From the IMG/VR virus record IMGVR_UViG_2795385619_000008, positions 14,166 through 78,165 of that record: a DNA stretch of 64,000 bases. One strand, 5' to 3'. How positions within the stretch are numbered: the first letter of the stretch is position 1; each line of letters starts with the position of its first letter. Positions 53,404 to 63,415 of the stretch are shown here, piece after piece. Made by a program: the position numbers and the translations under genes. The notes under the pieces are model-generated. The model saw nothing but the letters and a program-made list of their open reading frames with translations. It made no database searches and was not told where the DNA came from. Source of the stretch: a virus. Its lineage: Duplodnaviria; Heunggongvirae; Uroviricota; Caudoviricetes.

Positions 53404-54089
53404 CCACCTACTGGTTCAATCGTAACCCCGTGGTGATCGGGCCCCGGGCATATTCAGACCCCCCTGGCTTGATCGAGGCGACACCTAACCTGCGGCGGGC
53501 GAGTCTCTCTAGCGCTGTGCTGTTCGGTGGTCCACTTTTGCGTCAGCTGCTGCAGTCGGCCCCAATTGTGGGGGACCACAAGCACATCACGGTGGACACG
53601 AAGGTGTCGATGCTGATGCCCGGGTGGTGGCCTGCGATTCCCGGGTGGCATACGGATGGGGTTCCGCGCTACAGCGTGACAGACAAGACTGTAACCCCGG
53701 CGAATTGGGGCATGCCGTCCCTTCCGCTGCAGAATGACCGGTCCCTTGAGGGCTATTGCCCGCGCTACCACACGCTGCACGTTGGAAATGACTGCCCAAC
53801 TGTGTTCATTGATGGCTTACTGCACTTGCCAATTGAGCACGACGAAGACGAGCAGATGTACTCAGAGCTGACTCGCCGGATTGATGGGTGCACCACTCTA
53901 CGGAAGCTGGTTGCGCAAGAAGCTGTTTGGTACTCGTGGGATTGGTGGAACATTCACCAGGCATCGCAAGCCACTGAGCGTGGTTGGCGTCTACTGATCC
54001 GTATCACAGAGTCGGATATGCCACCCGCTGATTCGGACTTCATTCGTCCACAGAACCAAGTCTATGTACCGAGGGAGTTCGGCTGGTGA
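53400..54089 (+). CDS. Possible Fe(II)/2-oxoglutarate-dependent oxygenase.
   Basis: WHTDG motif. 229 aa. Confidence 0.35.
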   Translation: MTTYWFNRNPVVIGPRAYSDPPGLIEATPNLRRASLSSAVLFGGPLLRQLLQSAPIVGDHKHITVDTKVSMLMPGWWPAIPGWHTDGVPRYSVTDKTVTPANWGMPSLPLQNDRSLEGYCPRYHTLHVGNDCPTVFIDGLLHLPIEHDEDEQMYSELTRRIDGCTTLRKLVAQEAVWYSWDWWNIHQASQATERGWRLLIRITESDMPPADSDFIRPQNQVYVPREFGW

Positions 54090-55087
54090 GCACGAAGCTG
54101 GAACTAACGGAACCAATTCGAAAAGCCATGGCGCGTAGGCTGTGTGAGTCTCTCGGCCTAGACGAAGAAGTTGGCTTGTACGAGGTAGATCACATGATCG
54201 CTGCTGCTATCAGCATCCCTGAACTGCCTGTTGGCACGATTACACTCCGACCAGATGGGAAATGGGTTGGGGTTCGGGACAATAAGCGTCGCGGAGTGCC
54301 TTGGCTCTACTGCCCCCTGAGTGATTCGGCGGCTGACTGGCCAGCCCTTCGCGCCGCTGACTCCTGGCGTGTCATCCACAACCCGACAAATCCTGGGTGC
54401 CCGGAATGTTCCAACTATGCCGCAGTGGGATTGGAATTGGTGGAGAAGCTCGCGGCTGCCGAGGGCGCACGTCTCGCGCTCGAGGAGATCGTCTCGAAGT
54501 GTAAGTGTGGGGCTGACTCAAGAGCGCAACAGGAACCGAGTATTGACGACGCCATCCGCGTGGACGATATTCCGGTTGGCACCATCGCACGACGACCAGA
54601 CGGGGCGTGGGTTGCGCATAGGTACGCCAATCTCAAAGGGGAGGGGCATTGGAACTACTTCCGCGTGGACTACAACGCACCGTTTCGCTCACCCGGCGAC
54701 GCCGATTCTTGGCCTGTCATCTACGACCCGACAAAGCCGGACCCGCTGGAGACGTTCAATCAGCAGGCGTATTTTGATGACAGCGACGAGTTGCCCGGCT
54801 CGACAGCACAACAGGAACCGGAAGTGGGACCACCGTGTGACACGAGAGGATGGCCGCGAGAAGAGGTTGCCAAGCCCCGCACCCCACGTGTTGTTGACCG
54901 TCTAGGGGTAGACGAGCGAGACGCCGAGTGGACACGAATCGAAGTTTGCCGCGACACCTATGTCTGGGAGTACCGCTTCCGCCATGGAGTTTGGAAGTAC
55001 CGGCAACTTGGCCACAAGAACTGGATTGCAATGAAGCCTGGCGACGAACCACTTGCTAGTGGCCCATTCACGGAGGTAGTCGAATGA
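54086..55087 (+). CDS. Hypothetical protein.
   Basis: ORF. Confidence 0.4.
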   Translation: MSTKLELTEPIRKAMARRLCESLGLDEEVGLYEVDHMIAAAISIPELPVGTITLRPDGKWVGVRDNKRRGVPWLYCPLSDSAADWPALRAADSWRVIHNPTNPGCPECSNYAAVGLELVEKLAAAEGARLALEEIVSKCKCGADSRAQQEPSIDDAIRVDDIPVGTIARRPDGAWVAHRYANLKGEGHWNYFRVDYNAPFRSPGDADSWPVIYDPTKPDPLETFNQQAYFDDSDELPGSTAQQEPEVGPPCDTRGWPREEVAKPRTPRVVDRLGVDERDAEWTRIEVCRDTYVWEYRFRHGVWKYRQLGHKNWIAMKPGDEPLASGPFTEVVE

Positions 55088-55773
55088 GCAAGGTCTGGTT
55101 TACCTCTGACCTGCATGTTGGCCATCCGAAGGTGGCCCAGTTGCGAGCGGACGACGTTGGCCTAGTGCTGGATGCGTCCTATCGCACTGAGGAAGAGACA
55201 CGTGCTCGCATCGTGGATTGGCATGACAACATGCTGGCCGACCGGTGGGATGCCCTGGTAGGCAAGGGCGATGTCGTTTGGGTGTGTGGTGACATCTCAT
55301 CCGGCACCAGTGAGGGACAGCTGAGGGCTCTGGATTGGTTTAGGGAGCGACCGGGGGACAAGCACCTAATCCCTGGCAATCACTGCAGCCCTCACCCACT
55401 TCACCGCGACTCGCACAAGTGGCTGCCTATCTATCTAGATGGGGTGTTCAAGACGGTCCAGTTGGCCGCTAAGCGACGAATCCCACTGCGCGAGGGTCAT
55501 GTAACCGCGATGCTGTCCCACTTCCCGTACAAGGGCGACCACACCGAGATAGACCGCTACCCGGAGTGGCGTCTGCCGGACTATGGGCACTACATCCTGC
55601 ATGGACACACGCACAGCGGTGAGAAGCTCAGCTATGGCACTCCTCGTTGGGATGGCGCTACCTCGATAACCAGGACGCCCCAAATTCATGTTGGTGTGGA
55701 TGCGTGGGACTACACGCCTGTGGCGCTCGAGCAGATCGTGGAGATCATCCAGGGATTGGAAGACCTCAAGTGA
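55084..55773 (+). CDS. Calcineurin-like metallophosphoesterase.
   Basis: GDISSG and GNHC motifs. Confidence 0.65.
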   Translation: MSKVWFTSDLHVGHPKVAQLRADDVGLVLDASYRTEEETRARIVDWHDNMLADRWDALVGKGDVVWVCGDISSGTSEGQLRALDWFRERPGDKHLIPGNHCSPHPLHRDSHKWLPIYLDGVFKTVQLAAKRRIPLREGHVTAMLSHFPYKGDHTEIDRYPEWRLPDYGHYILHGHTHSGEKLSYGTPRWDGATSITRTPQIHVGVDAWDYTPVALEQIVEIIQGLEDLK

Positions 55774-56354
55774 GCGAGCAAGACCTTGCTGGGATAATCA
55801 CGCTAATCGTGTTGTTAGTGCTCTTTGTTATTGTGCCTGTGGTTGAGGATTGGCTTGACAGCAGACCGCGTAAGAGTGTCATCGCTGACCGTCTCGCTAT
55901 GCGCGCGCTCGCACAGCATTCCAAGCTGATGAATGGGGAACCAGGCGCAGAGTACGGTAACTACCAGCCTGTCGATCTTGACTCAGATGAAGTGCTGCGT
56001 CATTCAACAATCACGCTTCCTGATGAGGTTGACATCGAATCGCACTGGGCTGCAAAGAGTTTGCGAAACGCTGCTGTAGCGGTCGAGTTGCGCAAACGCT
56101 CCAAGACCATGAAGGAGAGCTCCAAGAAGTTCGACTGGGGCGACAATGACCAGGTGCGCAAGCTCCACTATTTAAGTCAGTCGGCGCACTACGCGCGACT
56201 TGCTTCCGAGGTTGAAGAGCTTGGCCTCGACACGGTGCTAGCGCGGCTAAGGCGTGAGCTGGATGGCATTGGTGGATGGGATGGACGTATGTACACCTCA
56301 CGTGCCGCGCTCGCCGAGCAGGTAAGCGTATTGAGTGGGGAGCCGATCGCCTGA
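55770..56354 (+). CDS. Hypothetical membrane-anchored protein.
   Basis: GTGA overlap, N-terminal transmembrane segment. Confidence 0.4.
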   Translation: MSEQDLAGIITLIVLLVLFVIVPVVEDWLDSRPRKSVIADRLAMRALAQHSKLMNGEPGAEYGNYQPVDLDSDEVLRHSTITLPDEVDIESHWAAKSLRNAAVAVELRKRSKTMKESSKKFDWGDNDQVRKLHYLSQSAHYARLASEVEELGLDTVLARLRRELDGIGGWDGRMYTSRAALAEQVSVLSGEPIA

Positions 56355-56608
56355 TGCTCTCGATACCAATCATGCTCAACGACAGAGTCATTGGTTCAGT
56401 GACAATCCGCAGGCTAGAGAGCTTCAGTCAGTCCCACTGGAATCACCAATACGAGTGGCATGCGACCCAGAATGAAGGGAAGCTGCTTGACGGTACGAAG
56501 ATCCCGTATGGGGTTGCCACCGGGAAGATCTTCCACACCTATCGCGATGGTTCCTGGGCACTCACCGCGCGCGTGTTGGAAGCTGCGGGGAAGGCATTGG
56601 GGCGGTGA
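56354..56608 (+). CDS. Hypothetical protein.
   Basis: ORF. Confidence 0.35.
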   Translation: MLSIPIMLNDRVIGSVTIRRLESFSQSHWNHQYEWHATQNEGKLLDGTKIPYGVATGKIFHTYRDGSWALTARVLEAAGKALGR

Positions 56609-56697
56609 CTTGGTCAGTGGGGGATGAGGAGTTGTTCGCAGCCTCGCTGGCGAATGCGCCACAGTGCGGACCGGCCCAGATGGGACGTATCGCTGGC

Positions 56698-58080
56698 CTA
56701 GTTGGACTGACGCCAGTGGACGGTGACGTTGTGTCCAGCGGAGAGCTTGTGCACGCCCTTACCCTTAGTGCCTAGCGAGTTGACTTCGAGCTTCTCGATA
56801 ACCTGCTGTATCACACTGCGCTGCCGGTCAATTGGGAGGCTAGACCATGTCTCCCTGAGATTTGATGCGCCAACGAGACCATCTAATACGTTGGCCTCCA
56901 ACGCCTTCTGGATATTATCGTTAGCCATCTCCAGCTTCTGCTGAAGACTATCAGTTGCGATCTTGACCTGCGCAGCGGTGAGATTACCCTCTGCGTAGTC
57001 GACGGCCAGCTGGTCGATGCGGGCCCTGAGCGCGTTGGCTTCCTCATTGAGTGCGGGTGTGTTCGATGTGGTGACCTGAGTCCACGTGGCCTGGCTCTCG
57101 AGATGACGTAGGACAAGCTCCTCTATCCATCCGTCCAGTGCTTCCTGGCGACGCTGAACTCCTGAGCAGCCGAACGCACCACCCTTGCAGCGATACACGC
57201 CGTGCCCACCATCCGTGGCCGCAGTGAGTGGGCCCCCGCATTTCCCGCAGCGGGCGATCACTGACAGCAGGTGCTTAGGGTCGCGGCGACCCGTGTAGCT
57301 GGATCTTGACGGGTTGGTAATGATCGCATGGACAGACCGCCAGGTGTTCTCGTCGACAATGGCAGGCCAATTCCCAAACCCCACGATCTCGCCATGTAGT
57401 GCCCGCAGACCCGCATTGCGCGGGTTCTTAATGAGCCTGGAGAGGTTGGAGGTATCCCACCTACTTCCGCGCTTAGTGGTGACACCCTGCTTGTTCCACT
57501 GCTGGGCAATGCCGTAGAGGGTGCGCCCGGAGAGAATGTCGCGGTATGCATCACGGATGAGGTCAGCCTCTTCCGGCACGAGTGCAGGGTTCTCATGGTC
57601 GCCCGAGTAGCCAAACTGTGGTGGCCCCCAGCCCTTACCGGACTGCGCCAGCTGGAGGTGGGCTCGCTTCTGTCTTACTGACTTGCGTTCGATCTCAGCT
57701 CGTGCCACAGCGCCCTTGATTCGGGCGACCAACCGGCCTTGGTCGGTTCCCAAATCGGTATCGCCACCAACGGTCGCTAGCGCTATGCCCATCTTGTCGG
57801 CCAGTGTGATGAAGTCTTCGAGCTCACGCGGCTGCCGGTGGAGTCTGTCGAGATCCCACGTCACCACGGCGTCGATCTGGCCGTCACGAATGTCTTGCAG
57901 CATCGCCTGGTACTGGGGGCGCACGCCTTTGGTGGCCGACGTGTCGTTGTCGACGTACTTGACGATGTCATTCCAGCCCTTGCGTTCACACAGGGCCGCA
58001 CAGTCCTCTTCCTGGCGTGCAACGGCTAGTCCTTCGCCAGTCCGGTCGAGCGATTGGCGCAGATACATCCCCGTCCTCAT
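56698..58080 (-). CDS. int: Large serine recombinase (integrase). The preferred start is the Met at 58080.
   Basis: N-terminal catalytic domain MYLRQSLDRTGEG. Zn-ribbon and coiled-coil C-terminus. 461 aa. Confidence 0.8.
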   Translation of the reverse strand: MRTGMYLRQSLDRTGEGLAVARQEEDCAALCERKGWNDIVKYVDNDTSATKGVRPQYQAMLQDIRDGQIDAVVTWDLDRLHRQPRELEDFITLADKMGIALATVGGDTDLGTDQGRLVARIKGAVARAEIERKSVRQKRAHLQLAQSGKGWGPPQFGYSGDHENPALVPEEADLIRDAYRDILSGRTLYGIAQQWNKQGVTTKRGSRWDTSNLSRLIKNPRNAGLRALHGEIVGFGNWPAIVDENTWRSVHAIITNPSRSSYTGRRDPKHLLSVIARCGKCGGPLTAATDGGHGVYRCKGGAFGCSGVQRRQEALDGWIEELVLRHLESQATWTQVTTSNTPALNEEANALRARIDQLAVDYAEGNLTAAQVKIATDSLQQKLEMANDNIQKALEANVLDGLVGASNLRETWSSLPIDRQRSVIQQVIEKLEVNSLGTKGKGVHKLSAGHNVTVHWRQSN

Positions 58081-58110
58081 GCCGCCTATTGTAGCCGATT
58101 GCGTTGGACG

Positions 58111-58152
58111 TAAAACGATTAGGTTGGCTAACGATCCGGGTAAAAGAAAAGG
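58111..58152 (-). terminator. Rho-independent terminator on the minus strand upstream of int.
   Basis: Minus-strand GGTCAGCCC-TTCG-GGGTTGGCC followed by TTTTCTTTT. Confidence 0.45.
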
Positions 58153-58180
58153 GCCAACCCCGAAGGGCTGACCCGTTTCT

Positions 58181-58375
58181 CTATCGCCTCCTGAACTTCG
58201 CCTTGTCAATGGTGCACAGGTGGTACTCACCGCACCGGCATGGGTAGGGCTCCACCGGTATGTACCGCCTATTGGAGTGTGGCGCCTTGCATCGCTTGCG
58301 GATGTCCTTAACGGCTTTCAGTGCCACACCCTTGTTGGCGTACACCTCCTTGTAAGGGGTAGGGCAGCAGTTCAC
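58181..58375 (-). CDS. Small Cys-rich protein.
   Basis: ORF. Confidence 0.35.
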   Translation of the reverse strand: MNCCPTPYKEVYANKGVALKAVKDIRKRCKAPHSNRRYIPVEPYPCRCGEYHLCTIDKAKFRRR

Positions 58376-58644
58376 TGCCGCTTCTCCCTCTGGATATTGG
58401 TCAGCGTCTTGTTGATCCGATGTACGCGTGTGACACGTTCTGGATAGACAGAGACGAACCGCTCACCCTGGCCATGAAGTGGGCCACCAACAAACGTCAG
58501 CTCGTCGAGGCCACCAGATGTTCTGCGCCAGTACTGGAACCGGAACCGGCCAGTCTTGCTCTTGATGGATACTTCAACCCCCGGAGTGAGGGTGCGTTTC
58601 CCGAGCGGGGTACTCGTAATGGATATCCCGCTTAACCAGGGTGT

Positions 58645-58842
58645 TCATCGCAGGCCAGCCAGCCGCTGATTGATGTACTCATCAGAGACCTTGAAACCCT
58701 TGGCATCTAGGCGATTTGCCAGCTTGTAGCGATTGCGCCGATCGCCTCGGGTGTCCTTCGGTCGGTATGTCTGGCCATAGTGGTGACTGCACATCTCTTT
58801 TGAGACGGCATCCTCCCAGCAGTAGCTGATCGAGCACTTCAC
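58645..58842 (-). CDS. Small Cys/His-rich protein.
   Basis: ORF. Confidence 0.35.
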   Translation of the reverse strand: MKCSISYCWEDAVSKEMCSHHYGQTYRPKDTRGDRRNRYKLANRLDAKGFKVSDEYINQRLAGLR

Positions 58843-58988
58843 TGAGTCAACCTCCCCGACTCCTGCAGGTAGTCACCCCACCACTCGGGGCCGTAGTCGA
58901 TCTCTTCCTCTTCGAACATTTTGGGTATCCCTTCCGTCGTGTATTTAGAACGTAAACCCGACCCACTTAATGCAGGTCAGACCATGTT

Positions 58989-59453
58989 TCAGGCCATAAG
59001 TAGGTAGGCCTTGAATGACCGATATGTGCGGTCACTGGAGATGTCACCGGTGTGGCTATCGCCGCAGTGACGGCACAGCTTGTATCGGTCCGCGATGAAC
59101 TTCCTTGACCGACCGGCGAATTGGGGGAGTGGATGTAACACGGTCTCCCCATTGATGCATCGGCACGTGAGTGTGGTGTGGACGGCCCCACCACGCACCT
59201 GGTAGTACCGGCTCCAGCGCCCGTGGCGCTCCCAACGTCCGTGGGCGTACAGCATGGACGGGGCCATGTCCCTCAGTGCCTCAGCGAGGCTCTCAGCCCG
59301 TTTCGCATCCTTCATCCACACTGCACGGTCGTACTTGCGCCGCAGGTTGCGCGCCTTCAAAACCATCTTGGCCCAGTAGCGCTCGTGTTCCACAACCTCA
59401 GCGCGAGTGAGTCGTTCGTATTCAATCGGTGTTGATGTCCAGCCTTCCAATAA
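58989..59453 (-). CDS. Hypothetical protein.
   Basis: Ribosome-binding site AGGAAGGGA before the ATG. Confidence 0.45.
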   Translation of the reverse strand, partial: LLEGWTSTPIEYERLTRAEVVEHERYWAKMVLKARNLRRKYDRAVWMKDAKRAESLAEALRDMAPSMLYAHGRWERHGRWSRYYQVRGGAVHTTLTCRCINGETVLHPLPQFAGRSRKFIADRYKLCRHCGDSHTGDISSDRTYRSFKAYLLMA

Positions 59454-59584
59454 CATGCGGTCCCTTCCTATGGGCATAGAAAAAGGGCACGGGTTCGTGA
59501 GTCCCATGCCCTGTAGAGTGCTGAAAACAGCAGAGCCGCAACGGGAATGGCTCCCGCTGCGGCTCCTCCGTATTCAGATGTGTG

Positions 59585-59806
59585 TTAGATGACTGGCGTT
59601 ACGTCAGCCCATCCTGTTGCGTAGTCGCCATCGTCTCCCGAGTAGATGACGGATCCAATCTTGTCGACGCTGTCAAGAACGACGTTACCGTTGTGTTCCT
59701 TGGCTAATGCGTTCGCGTTGGCAATGAGCTGCGGAAGATCTTCTCCCACCTCTTCATTCACGAACCCATCTGCCATCTTCAGCGTGACGCGGTATTGCTG
59801 TGTCAA
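59585..59806 (-). CDS. Hypothetical protein.
   Basis: ORF. Confidence 0.4.
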   Translation of the reverse strand: MTQQYRVTLKMADGFVNEEVGEDLPQLIANANALAKEHNGNVVLDSVDKIGSVIYSGDDGDYATGWADVTPVI

Positions 59807-59952
59807 CTGGCCTCCTCAACTCCGAGCTCGGCCAGCACATTGCGTGCGGTACGAGCGTCATTACTCCCCTCGGGGGCCTCCGCGAGCACCTTGCGCGCCC
59901 ACCGAGCCATCCCAGCAGTGTCTGGGGTGATATCAATTGTGTTGCTACTCAT
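59803..59952 (-). CDS. Small hypothetical protein of 49 aa.
   Basis: Coupled ORF. Confidence 0.3.
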   Translation of the reverse strand: MSSNTIDITPDTAGMARWARKVLAEAPEGSNDARTARNVLAELGVEEAS

Positions 59953-60185
59953 CACTTCTCCTTGTGTTGCTGTAGGTAGGCGATAACCTGGTCTGCGATG
60001 CCTTTACCACTTATAGGTATGCCCTCAGCCGGGCAGTATCCGCTCATGGCCCTGTCAGCCTTGTTGTACTTGACCCGAATCTCATGGCTGGCCGTGCGGT
60101 AGTTCCACTGACCCATGAGAATTGACTTATAGGTGACGAAACCCGCGTCTTTGGCTGCTTGTTCTATACGTTCACGCCCGGTCAT
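59952..60185 (-). CDS. Hypothetical protein.
   Basis: ORF. Confidence 0.4.
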   Translation of the reverse strand: MTGRERIEQAAKDAGFVTYKSILMGQWNYRTASHEIRVKYNKADRAMSGYCPAEGIPISGKGIADQVIAYLQQHKEK

Positions 60186-60379
60186 ACGTGTCCCCGGTAC
60201 TTGAGTGCGTACCGCTTGATGGCTTTCACGGTTGGTGAAAGCATGTCCGAGCCCAGGTCGACATCAATCGTTGATTCCATTCGATCCAAGAAGTCATGCC
60301 AGTCGACTGGCCCACTGGGGTACCAGCCGTCAACGATTGACTCGATCGCTTCTTCCATTTCTGCTGTCAGTTCGGTCAT
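60182..60379 (-). CDS. Hypothetical protein.
   Basis: ORF. Confidence 0.35.
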   Translation of the reverse strand: MTELTAEMEEAIESIVDGWYPSGPVDWHDFLDRMESTIDVDLGSDMLSPTVKAIKRYALKYRGHV

Positions 60380-60382
60380 GTC

Positions 60383-60613
60383 CTAGCTCCCTGACACAAC
60401 TTGCCGACACTGGTATGTGACCGGGTCGCACAAGACTGGATTAGTCGTCCAACCCCCATACGTGCCTGGTGTGTTCCAGGTGGGCATGAGGGGACCGTTG
60501 TATCCCGGCTGATACTTGCACACGTCAAAACGCGCACAGTCGGGAACCGTTGGGGGAGTGAGAGATACACCCCCGGCAATGAGGATGGCCGCGAGTATCA
60601 TGTTCTCCTCCAT
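60383..60613 (-). CDS. Small secreted or lipoprotein-like Cys-containing protein.
   Basis: N-terminal hydrophobic segment. Confidence 0.35.
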   Translation of the reverse strand: MEENMILAAILIAGGVSLTPPTVPDCARFDVCKYQPGYNGPLMPTWNTPGTYGGWTTNPVLCDPVTYQCRQVVSGS

Positions 60614-61242
60614 AACTCTTGCTCGATGAGTGACCGACTACGCCACCCTTGCTCTGTCCTCACCATCTGGTGGTGGTAGATACCACCGCTCTGGTAGTGC
60701 CCTTCAGTGCCTTCAACCTCGTATGTCATCGGGTTGATGTAGTAGGCCATAACCTTGGCGACGTCACCATCTAGTTCAATGGAGATCTGGCCGATGAGGT
60801 GCTGCCTGTGAGTGAACAGTGAGAGTGCCTGTGGCAGCCACTCTTTCACCTCAGAGAACGAGCCGACAATGCCGCCAGCGGTGGAGTAATCGATCTGAGC
60901 ATCGGCAGTGAACACCGAGTCGAGTTCAGTCCAGTTGCCCAGATCGATTGCCAACGTGTAGCGCGTGATGACATCCGTGATGTCCTGCCGATCCTGCAGG
61001 CTTAGTGCCACTGTGCAGTACCTATGCCTCATAGAGCTGGCCACGATGTCCGCGACATCGTCCGGGGTGAGACCCTGCTCCTTGTTCAGACCCTCAGCGA
61101 TGGTGACCGCATCACTGAGCTGCCGGTGGTGTCCGGGTAGTGGCTCATAACCTGCCGCATTCTCGGTGATCTTGGCGATTGAATAGCCCTGGTGGTCGCG
61201 ACTGAAGTAAGACTCGTTGGCGTGGTAACAGATTCGTGCCAT
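60598..61242 (-). CDS. Hypothetical protein with an NTF2/SnoaL-like C-terminal domain.
   Basis: Ribosome-binding site GAGAAGGGA. Confidence 0.45.
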   Translation of the reverse strand: MARICYHANESYFSRDHQGYSIAKITENAAGYEPLPGHHRQLSDAVTIAEGLNKEQGLTPDDVADIVASSMRHRYCTVALSLQDRQDITDVITRYTLAIDLGNWTELDSVFTADAQIDYSTAGGIVGSFSEVKEWLPQALSLFTHRQHLIGQISIELDGDVAKVMAYYINPMTYEVEGTEGHYQSGGIYHHQMVRTEQGWRSRSLIEQELWRRT

Positions 61243-61326
61243 GTTGTATCCCTTCTCGTGTTGGTGCTGAGCACACCAGACGGGCCGCGAGAAACACTCG
61301 CGACCCATCCTGCCTACTCAGGCTCA

Positions 61327-61689
61327 TTAGCTATAGACAACCTCACCGAACAGACCTGCTTGAATGATGCAGTCGTAGTCGATTGCGTCCGCGTCAGCCT
61401 CATCACCGTTAGTTCGGTTGTACGCCGTGATGCGGCTGCGGGTGGCGCCGTCATATCCGGCGTTGAAGTACTCAACCTTGCCATCGCAGACAAGACGCAA
61501 CCCTCGCGCAACCACATCAATGTCAACTGTGACTGCGGGCGACTCGCCCTCGGGTAAGAACTCAACGACATTGGTACCGTCATCGCGCACGTGCCACGAC
61601 TGTCCGAGTGCCCAGTACCTAGCCGCTGCCATGCCCTGATCCAGGATGTCTCCAAGGAATGTGACCCGCTCTTCGGTGCGATTTGCCAT
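61327..61689 (-). CDS. Hypothetical protein.
   Basis: ORF. Confidence 0.4.
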   Translation of the reverse strand: MANRTEERVTFLGDILDQGMAAARYWALGQSWHVRDDGTNVVEFLPEGESPAVTVDIDVVARGLRLVCDGKVEYFNAGYDGATRSRITAYNRTNGDEADADAIDYDCIIQAGLFGEVVYS

Positions 61690-61692
61690 GGT

Positions 61693-61899
61693 CTAAACCC
61701 TCTCTACCAGGATGTCTGCGACGTGCTCCCCATTGCGGATTATCTTAGTTTTGTTAACCGACACGTCGCCGCTCTTCCGACCAAACCAGTAAAGTGCGTG
61801 GTCAGTGGCCTCCTTGAGAGCCTCGGCGCGCTTGACCCGGCCTGGGCCCTGCCACATGAGCCCTTCTCCCTTGAGTCCGAGAATGCTGGACGTATGCAT
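61693..61899 (-). CDS. Hypothetical protein.
   Basis: ORF. Confidence 0.4.
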   Translation of the reverse strand: MHTSSILGLKGEGLMWQGPGRVKRAEALKEATDHALYWFGRKSGDVSVNKTKIIRNGEHVADILVERV

Positions 61900-62119
61900 T
61901 GCTTACCCCTTCCGTGTATTGCTGTCTGAATACAGCAGGCGTACGACAGCTCGGCTGCCGTACACCTTCCCTATTCAGTGATGAGCCGGTCACCAACGCC
62001 GCCCACCGGCATACCGCCGAGAGTCCAGCGGTTGCCGCACCCGTCGCAGTGCCAGTACTTCCAGAAGACCTCGTTGAAATCTGCGGTCACATCGTTGCCG
62101 TCATATGGGCATGTAGCGC

Positions 62120-62362
62120 TCATCCGAGGATCTCCGTCAGCTCCCTCTTAATCCGGCGCGCTACTTGCCCGCGCCAGGTTCCAGAGTTGGCCAGGAAGTG
62201 CAGGACGATGGACTCAGCAGAGTCACACCCGTAGCGTTCATCGATGTCTCCGAGTGCTGCCATTGCATCGAGGTAGGGGACAGCGCCGAAATATGGCTTG
62301 AGCCAGTCCCTTTTGATCTCGTCCGCGATTACGTTCAACGGACGTGCCGTGATTGTTGCCAT
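62120..62362 (-). CDS. Hypothetical protein.
   Basis: ORF. Confidence 0.4.
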   Translation of the reverse strand: MATITARPLNVIADEIKRDWLKPYFGAVPYLDAMAALGDIDERYGCDSAESIVLHFLANSGTWRGQVARRIKRELTEILG

Positions 62363-62520
62363 TGGTACCCCTTCCGTGTGTGCCGCCTAAATACAGCAGG
62401 CGGGCCGCGAAAAGGATTGCACCCCTTCGTGTCCCACCTTCCCTACTTAGACTGTTTCCATTGGGCCATGAAGATTGCCGCGCAGATGATCCATGCGACA
62501 ATCCATCCGACATCCATGAG

Positions 62521-63285
62521 TCACCCAATCGCTCGCGCGAACTGAGCCTGACTTCCATCGCGCTGACCATGGCTGTAGCCGTCACGGTCAAATCGGGTGC
62601 GTGTCTTGGCCTGTCGTGCACGTGGGTGTGCGTCTCTCATTGCCAACTCGGCACGTTGTTCGTCACCCCGATAGAGCACGAGGGCAACCCCGCCGACTGA
62701 CTCAATGGCAATCGTTTCCTGCTCACGAATACGTGACTCGATAGTCTGTGCGTACCCAGCAAGCCATGAACGTCGGTACGTCTTGAGTCGGCCAGCGTCT
62801 CTCACCACCTTTGTAGTGAAAGTGTCAGTGGCCCAGTCGTACCGTTCCTGAATCCGTTGATAATCCGATGGTGGCCGCACGGTATCCACGAGTCGGATCA
62901 TCTGCGGTCGCAGCATGTCCCAGAGGAACTGGAGACGCTCGATGTGGTGAGGAACTCCATACACCCATACAACGTAGGTACCCCCGCTGCTCGCATACAC
63001 GGTGTGGCAGTGGAGGGCTCGAGCCATGCCGTGTAGCAGCAAGGCCTGAGCTGACTGGTACTTCCCATGCACGTACACTTCCCACTGGATAGCATTCGGT
63101 AGGTCTGAGATATCCAAACCTTCTTTACGCGCATGGATTTGGGCCATATCAAGCCCATACTTGGCCACTATCTCGAACGCCCGTGCTTGGAACACCCCCT
63201 CCTCGGGGGTACCTGCAACGTCCTCGGCCTGTCGGAGCAGCTTGGCCACTTTCTCAGTGACCTTGGCACGCTTGTCATTGTCCAT
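62521..63285 (-). CDS. Hypothetical protein.
   Basis: Ribosome-binding site GGAAGGGA before the ATG at 63285. Confidence 0.45.
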   Translation of the reverse strand: MDNDKRAKVTEKVAKLLRQAEDVAGTPEEGVFQARAFEIVAKYGLDMAQIHARKEGLDISDLPNAIQWEVYVHGKYQSAQALLLHGMARALHCHTVYASSGGTYVVWVYGVPHHIERLQFLWDMLRPQMIRLVDTVRPPSDYQRIQERYDWATDTFTTKVVRDAGRLKTYRRSWLAGYAQTIESRIREQETIAIESVGGVALVLYRGDEQRAELAMRDAHPRARQAKTRTRFDRDGYSHGQRDGSQAQFARAIG

Positions 63286-63415
63286 TTCAGCATCCCTTCC
63301 GTGTGGTGAAACCATCCGACCACGCACCCAATTGATGCTGGTCACAGGATGTTTTGGTGCTAGATACACCAAGCGGGCCGCGAGAAGACTCGCGACCCAC
63401 TCTGCCTATCTAGAA

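Noticed and set aside
58420-58635. A plus-strand 71-aa ORF amid minus-strand genes.
   Set aside because: It is on the opposite strand to all neighbours and has no ribosome-binding site. It is probably non-coding spacer between small reverse-strand genes.
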